64,000 nt of DNA from Paramoeba atlantica. Its lineage: Eukaryota > Protista > Discosea. Numbering within the stretch: position 1 is the first letter of the stretch; each line of letters starts with the position of its first letter. Shown one piece after another: positions 53,895 to 63,164 of this stretch. Position numbers and translations under genes: made by a program. The notes beneath the pieces were generated by a model. That model ran no database searches. It had not been told where the DNA came from and saw only the letters and a list, made by a program, of their open reading frames with translations. The DNA lies in the NCBI GenBank assembly GCA_977017575.1, contig CDRNVI010000002.1, positions 930,001 to 994,000 on the forward strand. Direction: 5' to 3'.

Positions 53895-54158
53895 ATGGCA
53901 GCTCCCGCTAAGAAGGTCGTCAAAAAGGTATCAAAGAAGCCTGTGGTATCAAAAAAGGCTGTTGTCAAGTCGCGAAAAGTGCAAGCAAAGCGCTCAGTAA
54001 AATCCAAGAAAGCTAGTCCGGCCAAGAAATCGTCTACCAAGACCAAAAAAAGTCCAGCCTCGAAAAAAAGCCCCGTGTCTTCAAAAAGCTCAGCTAAGAA
54101 AGGATCTGCAAAAAAGAATTCCTCTTCCAAAACTAGCGCCAAGAAATCAAAAAAATAG
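53895..54158 (+). CDS. Histone H1-like protein 3
   Basis: Core SRKVQAKRSVKSKK. Confidence 0.8.
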   Translation: MAAPAKKVVKKVSKKPVVSKKAVVKSRKVQAKRSVKSKKASPAKKSSTKTKKSPASKKSPVSSKSSAKKGSAKKNSSSKTSAKKSKK

Positions 54159-54675
54159 TCTCCAAATATTAGGAAGCGTAGTATTAATACAATAAGCTAG
54201 TAAGATACACAAAACATTGAATGGGAACAATGCATACTGCTAGTCAAGAATAGTTTAACACAAAAATGTGACCGTATTAGCTACCACTTATTTAGTTTAC
54301 GGTCTTAACTTCATTGTATAGTCTTAGCTTTATACAATGCAATATTTTTTTAGGATTTAGGCATGAAAAATATGCTCATATGCTCTTCTGTTATCACATC
54401 TAATTCTTTTTTTATCCTAGTGATATTGTTTTGCATCGTTAATTTTGAAAGAACTGTACAACTTGTTTACTATTACGCTGAATTGTGAATTATTTATGTA
54501 GATACACTGTAACTGTCATGTGCTACGTTGAACTAGTGCTACACTGCATACTAAAGGGCTTGAATCATTATCATTGCTTATGAAATCCTTGGTAATCAAA
54601 GACAATCTATGAAGGTTCACTATTTTTTCTATTTGTACTCTCGGTTATATTCTAATTGTATTTTCTCGATTGAAC

Positions 54676-54936
54676 ATGACAGCTCCAGTCAAAAAAGTAA
54701 AAAAGGCTGTTAAGAAAGTTGCAAATACTGCACCTAAGAAATTGATTTCTAAATCCCGTGAAGTGCAGTCTAAGCGTGCTGTGAAATCTAAGAAGTCTAG
54801 ACTAGTTAAAAAATCCGTTACCAAAGGCAAGAAGAGCGCAGTTTCGAAAAAGAGTCCCATTGTTAAGAAGGGTTCGATCAAGAAAGGACCTGCGAAAAAG
54901 GTTATCTCTAAAAGTTCTAAGAATGTCAAGAAATGA
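54676..54936 (+). CDS. Histone H1-like protein 4
   Basis: Core SREVQSKRAVKSKK. Confidence 0.8.
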   Translation: MTAPVKKVKKAVKKVANTAPKKLISKSREVQSKRAVKSKKSRLVKKSVTKGKKSAVSKKSPIVKKGSIKKGPAKKVISKSSKNVKK

Positions 54937-55611
54937 AAGCGGGGGAATGGCGCATATCCCGAATGTAAGCGAGTTATTCACTTTCAGCTTAATCTTCAAA
55001 TATAGATGGAGCAATAGTTCAGCGTAGCGCATGGCAGTTAGAGTGTACATAAAGTGTAAGTTACAGTGTGTTACATGTACATCTACATGTATATCTAGTA
55101 AAGTAATATAATATAATAATGTATTATCTATAGTAGTAATGTTATTTAATAGTTGATGTTTTTTTCTAGTTTAATGTATGGAGTTAAGTTACTTAACTCC
55201 ATTCGTACTCAAAGTACGAATTGTTGGTTCGTACCACGGAGATAACATTATGGGCAATGATTGCTGAGACATTTTAATCAGGGTAGAAAACTTTTCTCAC
55301 ACTTTTAAAATTTCTAACTTATCTCTACAGGTAAGTCTTCTCACTGATTTTGTTATAACGTATGTAGAATTGCGCTTTGAATCTCTACATCATAAAAGGT
55401 TACTATAGCACGCCAAAATATTCCTTTTCCTCAAGATCGGATACCGAAAAACCGAGAAATTGATTGTATGATGTTTTATTGCACGATCTTTATTGAAGCT
55501 TTTTAGACACCATTATGAGCTTCTGCCGGCTCCCAATCACTCTCCTTTGTCCTCCGTGACTTCTCTCTCCTTACTCCCTCCCCCACGCCCGCACTGCCCC
55601 CCCCCCACTGA

Positions 55612-56832
55612 ATGAAATGTCCCCGTATCCATTCCACCCTCGGCTTCACCTTCCTCCTCGCCTGGCTCATCACCCTTGGCGTTCTCCTCGTCACGCTGTG
55701 TGTCACCGTCTCCCCCACCTCCTTCCAACCCGTCGCTGTGGTCTCTCTCTTCCACGACACCCCGGAGGTGTTGGAACTTAGCGGATTCCCCTCTATCGAG
55801 TCCCACTCCCCCTCCGTGGGTGCCCTCCCACGCTGTCCGTGGTACGTGCTGTTCTACGCGCCCTGGTGTGCACACTGTCGGCGTGAGGCCCACACATATA
55901 AACAACTTGCGGTGAACATCTCACGCCAGGGCGACAACCCCACACACATTGCTGCCGTGGACTGCTCCCTCTATGGACGACACTTCGCGGAGGCCACCAT
56001 CGAGGCCTACCCCACGTTGTACTACGGAGGGCGCGAGAGCTGGAGAGAGGTGGATCTGCCGGACGGGGACTTGTCTCGGGTTTTCTCGGTGGGTTCCGCA
56101 GGGGGGGAACCCAACACGGAGGCGAGTCGTGCCCCGTTGTTGTGGGAACAAAACCATACCGCCACCCGGGTATGTGTGGCCTCACGAAATGAGGCGGTCG
56201 ACCGCCGACGACAGCTCCCCCGTACCAATGCGGTGTTTGTTCCCCGGGTGGGGTGGTACAATTACTACCAGAGTTTTTATGCCGCGTTGCAGGAGGAGGT
56301 GGATCCACACACCCGGGAGCTCGCGAGTAAGCTTCCGAAAGAGCACTGTGACTCGGATACAGAGGTGGGCTCTCCGGTGTGTGTGTATATGAAATTCCGT
56401 GCCGCCGCCCTGGCAGGGGTCCCGGAATTACAGTATACGTTAGCACCGGATCCGCTGACGGACTGCGGGTACACTTGTGGTCTGTGGTTGCTCTTTCATC
56501 GAATGATACAAGCCCCGGAGGCTCTTGAAACGCTGGATGCGATACGGAGTTACGTCCTAACTTTTTTTCGTTGCACTGCGTGCCGGGATCACTTTCGGAA
56601 GATTCCCTACACCCCGAATCGGAGCTCTGGGGCACGAGAGGATGAGGCGAGGCTGTGGTTGTGGCGGTCGCATAACGCGGTGAACCTCCGTTTAGGCAAA
56701 GCTCATTTTCCCTCCCCCTCGCAGTGTCCAGAGTGTGTAGATGAGAACACGACATTGGATTTTCTGAGCACGTATTATGGTCCCATGCCGAACACTCCGA
56801 AAAAGAGATGGTTTGGCTTCTTTCCATGGTAG
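55612..56832 (+). CDS. QSOX: QSOX-type sulfhydryl oxidase (thioredoxin + Erv)
   Basis: N-terminal hydrophobic segment, FYAPWCAHC, CGYTCGLWLLFH, FFRCTACRDHF, LWLWRSHNAVNLRL, FPSPSQCPEC. Confidence 0.85.
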   Translation: MKCPRIHSTLGFTFLLAWLITLGVLLVTLCVTVSPTSFQPVAVVSLFHDTPEVLELSGFPSIESHSPSVGALPRCPWYVLFYAPWCAHCRREAHTYKQLAVNISRQGDNPTHIAAVDCSLYGRHFAEATIEAYPTLYYGGRESWREVDLPDGDLSRVFSVGSAGGEPNTEASRAPLLWEQNHTATRVCVASRNEAVDRRRQLPRTNAVFVPRVGWYNYYQSFYAALQEEVDPHTRELASKLPKEHCDSDTEVGSPVCVYMKFRAAALAGVPELQYTLAPDPLTDCGYTCGLWLLFHRMIQAPEALETLDAIRSYVLTFFRCTACRDHFRKIPYTPNRSSGAREDEARLWLWRSHNAVNLRLGKAHFPSPSQCPECVDENTTLDFLSTYYGPMPNTPKKRWFGFFPW

Positions 56833-57491
56833 AAATCACCTCGGACGGCATGAAGCTCGCGTTCTTACAGTATGTGGGTAATGTGCATTGTAGAGGGCAC
56901 TCTTCCCAAAATCGCAATGATCTTGAAGTGATGCAGACGAATACAATACGAATATACAATACGAGTGTACTTTCGTACACTCGCTAAAACTCTTGAAAGA
57001 AGAACATGGCATTTCTTGCAATAGTGGGCAAGTGACAAAATCACGACTGCAAGTCATTGCTTTTTTCTGACGTGAACTCCGTTTATGATCTTATTTTCGA
57101 AGGTTGAATACGTTTTCTGCTCCTACCGGATCATAATTCCGCTTTTTTTCTATCGTGGGTGACTTATTCCCCCACAGGTGAAGACTAGCAGATGGCTTGA
57201 GAAGCTTTAATTCTTGTCTACGTCGGACCCTTTCCTCTTTTTCTCGTGGGGTACCCTTTCCTACAGTGGATCGCAAGCTCTGGTACAATGTACGAATGTA
57301 CTACAACAGTACTCAGAAAATTGTGGTCTGTTTTCTTATTTCTCTTAGAAGATGGTTTTAATTTAAAACTTTTAAACTCGTCTATTCCTTTAACTCTTTT
57401 TTCCCTTGATTTTTTACAGAATGCTTCTTGCGTTGTGTAGGATTTCGTGCAGTTTATAGTTCTCTGAAATTTCGTCTTACAATATTACCGC

Positions 57492-58997
57492 ATGGTATTA
57501 CATGAGCTGGGGCACAAGATCGCGGGTGCCCTGCACAACTTTCACAAGCACGCCATTGTAGGCGATGAGGAGATTGATCTTCTTCTGAGAGACATTGGTA
57601 ACGCGCTGATGCAGTCGGATGTCAATGTAAAGATAGTGATGAAGCTTCGCAAAGACATTAAGACCCAACTGATGCTTACAGAAAACCAGGCCGGAGGTTT
57701 TAGTCGGCGTAAACTCGTTCAGAAGGCCGTTTTTGATGCAATTAAACAGATGATTGACCCTGGAGTGAAGGCCTATCAACCCAAACGAGGACAATCGAAC
57801 GTAATTATGTTTGTCGGGATGCAAGGCGCAGGGAAAACCACTTCATGCACGAAATACGCTTCCTATTACCAGCGAAAAGGCTTTAAAGTAGCACTGGTGT
57901 GCGCTGACACGTTTCGTGCGGGGGCATATGATCAGCTAAAACAGAATGCTTTAAAGGCTAGAGTTCGATTTTACGGCAGCTTTGCTGAGGGCGACCCAGT
58001 GGCCCTTGCCACACAGGCAGTAGAGACCCTCAAGACGGAGGGGGTGGAAATCATTATTGTGGACACCAGTGGCCGTCACAAACAGGAGGAGGCACTGTTT
58101 GTAGAGATGCAAGAAATTCGGGATGCTATTCAACCCCGTGACATTGTCTATGTCATTGATAGCACGAATGGTCAAATGGTGCAGGAGCAGGCGGCAGCAT
58201 TTCAAAAGTTTGTTCCCGTCGGGTCCATTATTCTTACCAAGCTTGACGGCCACGCAAAAGGAGGGGGCGCGCTCAGCGCCATAGCAGTTACCGGGAGCCC
58301 CGTCATTTTTTTGGGAGTCGGCGAGCACTATGACGAGTTTGAGCCTTTCAATGCGCAAAGTTTTGTAAGTCGTCTTCTGGGCTTTGGCGACGTGGAAGGC
58401 TTGGTGGACGCGTTAAAGGACAGTGGGTTTGATGAGAAATCCGTGTTATACAAGCGTTTTGCAGAAGGGTCCTTTACGTTGCGCGACATGTACGAACATT
58501 TGGAAAATGTGATGAAACTAGGACCTATGAACAAAGTTTTGGAAATGATGCCCGGACTTGCGATGACCGACAGCCGTGGTCGCGGGGAGCAAAACACTTA
58601 CCAGTTGAAATGTTATATGACTATTATGGATAGCATGAACGAAGCTGAGTTGGACGCCCCAAATGTGAAGAAGTTTTTTACACCAAGTCGACTTGCTCGA
58701 ATCTCGAATGGGAGTGGAAGGGCAATGTGGGAGGTGCAGGATCTACTAAAATCTTATAATAAGTTTGACGATATGGTACGGAAAATGGGTAAAATGAATT
58801 TTAAGCAGCTAACTAAGGATCCAAGTTTGCTATCCACACACACAGGGCAAGAGCAAATGTCGAAGCTTGCTCGAGCCATGGACCCTCAAATGTTGCGACG
58901 CATGGGTGGGGTGTCGGGACTGCAAGCTATGATGAAACAACTTTCTGAGTACGAATCAAGTGGGAAAAGTGAGAAAAAAACTGGAAAAACTCGTTGA
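57492..58997 (+). CDS. SRP54: Signal recognition particle 54-kDa GTPase
   Basis: GMQGAGKTT, ADTFRAGAYDQL, DTSGRH, TKLDGHAKGGG, M-domain FTLRDMYE. Confidence 0.97.
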   Translation: MVLHELGHKIAGALHNFHKHAIVGDEEIDLLLRDIGNALMQSDVNVKIVMKLRKDIKTQLMLTENQAGGFSRRKLVQKAVFDAIKQMIDPGVKAYQPKRGQSNVIMFVGMQGAGKTTSCTKYASYYQRKGFKVALVCADTFRAGAYDQLKQNALKARVRFYGSFAEGDPVALATQAVETLKTEGVEIIIVDTSGRHKQEEALFVEMQEIRDAIQPRDIVYVIDSTNGQMVQEQAAAFQKFVPVGSIILTKLDGHAKGGGALSAIAVTGSPVIFLGVGEHYDEFEPFNAQSFVSRLLGFGDVEGLVDALKDSGFDEKSVLYKRFAEGSFTLRDMYEHLENVMKLGPMNKVLEMMPGLAMTDSRGRGEQNTYQLKCYMTIMDSMNEAELDAPNVKKFFTPSRLARISNGSGRAMWEVQDLLKSYNKFDDMVRKMGKMNFKQLTKDPSLLSTHTGQEQMSKLARAMDPQMLRRMGGVSGLQAMMKQLSEYESSGKSEKKTGKTR

Positions 58998-59157
58998 TTC
59001 TTCTGTATATTTTCTTGTACGTTATTTATTATTTTAAACTTTTAATGTTGTACGTATTGGTAATCAAGCAGAAACGCTTCCACTAGCCCACATTTAGAGA
59101 GAGGGTCATAATCAAGATTCCTTTATGGCTTAACAATAGTATTTTTTTACATGCAAA

Positions 59158-59967
59158 ATGATACATACAACTTTCTTGGACACTGATTCTCTTGTTTCTC
59201 CCCCCAGAAAACGTCGTATGACGGGTAAGGTTAGCTTGTCCATTATGCCAAATGAAATTCGACTCCACCGATTTGTTCAAAAGATAAAAAATCGGCCACG
59301 GTCATGGAAACCCGGTGTGGACGTTTGCAAGTGGAAAGGGGTGATATGCATTGGTGAAAACATTACGGAATTACATTGGAACAATTTGGATTTGCGGGGA
59401 AACGTTACATGGGATGCAATTCCCGAATCGGTTGAGAATCTTTTGATCGGCAAAGACCTCTACGGGTTGGATAAGCTTCGGGGGGGATTCGATATGAAGT
59501 TGCTTCCTGCAGTTCTAAATTCCCTTGACATGAACGAACATGCATTTGCAGGCCTGGTGGATTTTTCCCATGCGCCTCGTGAGATGAAATTTTTTGTTGC
59601 TGCTGGCAACTCGCTACATGGGCCTCTGGATCTGACGCTTATGCCATGTACCATGGAACATGTAGAGTTACAGCGAAACCTTTTTGTTGGGACACTAGAT
59701 CTCACCAAGCTTCCTTCTGTGTTGGAATTGCTCCATTTGGGAGATAATTGTTTTGCGGGAAATGTGGATGTTTCAAAACTTCCTGATTCAATTTTGGAGA
59801 TTGGTCTTTATCGTAATCGACTACAAGGGGAGATAGATGTTCGCGATCTCCCAGATGGACTTCAAAAGCTTGAATTCAACGGTAATAATGTTACTTTTAA
59901 GGAAAACTTTAAACCCCCTAACGTGTTTTTTGATCCTGTGGACGACCAATATTTCCATTATTTCTGA
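59158..59967 (+). CDS. Short LRR protein, copy 7
   Basis: TGKVSLSIMPNE...SWKPGVDVCKWKGVIC followed by ~7 LRRs. Confidence 0.87.
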   Translation: MIHTTFLDTDSLVSPPRKRRMTGKVSLSIMPNEIRLHRFVQKIKNRPRSWKPGVDVCKWKGVICIGENITELHWNNLDLRGNVTWDAIPESVENLLIGKDLYGLDKLRGGFDMKLLPAVLNSLDMNEHAFAGLVDFSHAPREMKFFVAAGNSLHGPLDLTLMPCTMEHVELQRNLFVGTLDLTKLPSVLELLHLGDNCFAGNVDVSKLPDSILEIGLYRNRLQGEIDVRDLPDGLQKLEFNGNNVTFKENFKPPNVFFDPVDDQYFHYF

Positions 59968-60916
59968 AATTTCGCACCATCTCATGAGAAGCATTAGAAC
60001 TTTTCCTTAGTTTGCTGTCTCTGATTGTTTGACTACCGCGAACTTTGATTACACTGTCGCCAAAAATCATTGAATTTTTAATTATTGTCGAAACCGTGCA
60101 ACTTTTAATAAAAAATTCATTAATTTTTAATTTACCTTTCTAATTTGCCTTTCTCTGAAAACCTCAGTAATACATGATGACAAGTCGGAATGTGAATGTG
60201 CGTTTCAAGCGATGCAGTACCGCTTTGCTATTTAGTTACGCAGTTGATGTAACAAATACTAGCGTAAAAAGTGTGCTAGGTAAAGTACGAGGGGCCCACT
60301 TACCGCAAGAATACGAACTTTCTAAGTTTGCTGCGAATATTACCCATCACCGTCCTTCTTGGAGTACTTCAACTCCTGCCTGTGAGTGGGAGAACGTGTT
60401 CTGCAAAGATAACATACATGTTACGGGTATTGATTGGAGTTGTTCTCACCTTTCCGGTTCACTGCGATGGGATTTTCTGCCCCTCACATTGTGTACGCTT
60501 TCATTGATGGACAACAAACTTACGGGAATTGTTGAACTAGACATGTTTCCACAGCAGATAGTGTACGTAACATTAGTAAGTAACTTTTTTAAAGGCACGA
60601 TTGACGTAGAAAAATTGCCCCACAGTATAAGTGGTCTGGATTTGGAGTACAATGGACCCCCAGCAACTTCGGTACATTTCTGGGGCCACTATGGGACACT
60701 GTGGGCCACTATGGGACAATCGGTGCCACGATTGGACACTTCAAAGTTTAAGTTGTGCCTTTTGATTGCTTTTATGTTGTGTATATTGAGTTCGTAAGGA
60801 TTTCGTTCTCATGTATTTTTGGTCGACCACGTACAGCAGTTGTAAAATAGAACGAAATGAAGTAACTATGTACATCTAGAATTAAACGTCTGTTTCACAG
60901 TAATGAAGCTACTAAA

Positions 60917-61813
60917 ATGGAAAAAATGTTTTGTCCACGCTGCAAAGCAGACCGTAACGTAAGTCTTGGAGAACCCCGAAGGTGTGTAATGTGTGCCTGT
61001 CCCATCGAATGCGATGTAAAGGACCCCTGTATTCAGTGTCACAGGGTTTCAGTTCTCATAGGTTCAAACTACTGTCCGTTGTGCAATTCCCCTCAAGATG
61101 GAGAACGACTTCCCGCCAACACCTTAGACCACATTTATGCTCGTGGTCTGAAGGAAGAAAATGTTCTTAACGCATGTGCTGAGTACGTGGGTCGCATGCT
61201 CTGCGGTACGAAGCTTGCGTTCGGACATGTGGCCCACATCCTTATTCTTATCAAAAGGGCAAAAGATGTTTCTATAAAAAGATATATCCCGCGTTCGGCC
61301 GAAGCAGTTTGCTCGTATTTTAACCATGCGTTGCATCCAGAGGAGCGGGGCTCTCTGTAGGAGTTTTTGCGAAACCTCTGGAACTTGTATGAGGGCAAGC
61401 GCGCCAATGAAAAGAAAGTTCTGAGAGACACAAAGACTGCGTTGGTAGCAAGTTTTTTGTCGGTTCTAGGTGACTCAACATTTGAAATTGATCGAAAGTT
61501 TGTTCACCAAGTTCAGGGTGAGATTATGGACAAACTTGGCAATTCAATGGAGGAGAATGTTCCTACTGAACTTCTTTCTATCCGGGACGACCTTGTTCAA
61601 CTGCGGATTCTCAAGAAGGGAAAGACTTCGAATGCTCATCTTATTCACGTTGCCCGACCTCCTCGTCAAACTTTGACTGTCGCAGATCAGGAAGTTGAGA
61701 TAGTTGAAGTTCGGAACGATGAAAACCTGGTCAGCAATCCGAAGCGGCAACGCGTTTCCCGCATTGCTTCAACTTCAAGTTCGAACACTTTGCATTTTAA
61801 AAGTCGTAAGTAA
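60917..61813 (+). pseudogene. Transposon accessory gene with zinc-ribbon N-terminus and one in-frame TAG
   Basis: ORFs 60917-61360 and 61367-61813 share a frame, separated only by TAG at 61358-60. Four CxxC pairs at the N-terminus. Confidence 0.65.
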
Positions 61814-61995
61814 GTTGTAGGCCTGTAAATCGCAAATAAGTTTTAAGCGGTTATGTTGTAAGTGAAAAAGTTGCAAGTAAGGAATTTGGAAGTAAGGAAT
61901 TCGAAAAAAAAATCGTAAATCAAAGAATTTTATTTAATATAGAATCTTTCTTTCCTCTAATAAAATCATAATAATCTTTCCTCTACTTGATACTG

Positions 61996-63164
61996 ATGCT
62001 TGGCCGTATTGACACCCCGGAATATGACACACCCGTTAATATATCTGAAACGACGCACCACCTGATACATCCGGCGATGCACCTGAACCTGATGCTCCCT
62101 ACGAAAATAAATATTCAGAGTTGTCTTTATGCGGTTTAACGCATCGCGCTCTCACCTTTCTAAAACAATTTTATCCCTTTGAAGAAATTTTTGCGAGCTT
62201 TCTTTTTTTGCGGTGTGGGGGTAGCTACGACATTGTATCAGAACTCATATCCTTGAAATTCGGAACCGGTTGGTCTGAACGTTCTTGTTCTGACAAGATA
62301 CCCGCGTTTTTTAAAAAACTGCATTCCGATATGAAGGATACATGGCTTTGTTTGGATTCCGATATTTTGCACCATGAATCAAACGCAGTTCTTCCTTTTT
62401 GGGATAAGGACATAAAGGTGGTGATGGACACAGTGCCACTGTACGTTGATAGCTTGCCTCACTGCTATCAACCCAAATATGCTACACACGTCGTGAAAGC
62501 GCTCGTAGCATCTACAATGTCTGGGTATGTTTGCTTCACAGCAGACACATTGTACTGTGGAGCCTCATCCGACGCCGTTATTCAGGACTGTAGTGGTATT
62601 CTGGATTTTCTGGCACACAATCGTGTTCGCGCTCTTGCTGACGGGGGATTTTACGATGGTCTTACTGATAGATTAATAGTACCCCATTCTAAAGCCAAAA
62701 TTTGGTGTTCGAAGCGCCCAAAATCTAAGTCTATGCAGAAACATCATGATTCAGAAGCAGATGGTAAAATGTGCTTCAATGAAAAGTTGGCTCACTTTAG
62801 ATCGCGGGTCGAACACATTTTTTCTCGTTCGTGCTGTGGCAAATGGCTGGCTTTTAAGCAGTGGACTCGTAGTCCAGATTTTCTTTACTATGCTTTTTCG
62901 TGCGCTCTCATGGTTCATAACATGGAAGTGTTTCATAAACATGGACCTCAAGGAAGATATCCACCTCTTACCCCTGAGAAAGTGGAAGCAGTTAAAAAGA
63001 AGATAATGGAGCACAAAGGACAATCTTCCAGATATGGAGTATCTGACAGTTCTACTATCACAGGTCCGATGGACAAATACACGTATCCTAAAAATCTTGA
63101 TGCGTATGTTTTTTTTCGTGAACAACAATCCCCCCACCAGCACTCAACCAATAACCCCCTATGA
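61996..63164 (+). CDS. Harbinger/IS5-like DDE transposase (DDE_Tnp_4-like), probable 1-nt frameshift near the 5' end
   Basis: VMDTVPLYV, ALADGGFY...LIVPH, FNEKLAHFRSRVEHIFS. ATG at 61996 is one base out of frame with the main ORF near 62047. Confidence 0.85.

Noticed and set aside
52339-54929. Antisense Phe/Leu-rich ORFs over the H1 genes
   Set aside because: Mirror images of lysine-codon runs.
61358-61360. TAG reassignment or altered genetic code
   Set aside because: Genes elsewhere in the window end at TAG (4059, 22579, 30668); a single nonsense change or sequencing error is simpler.
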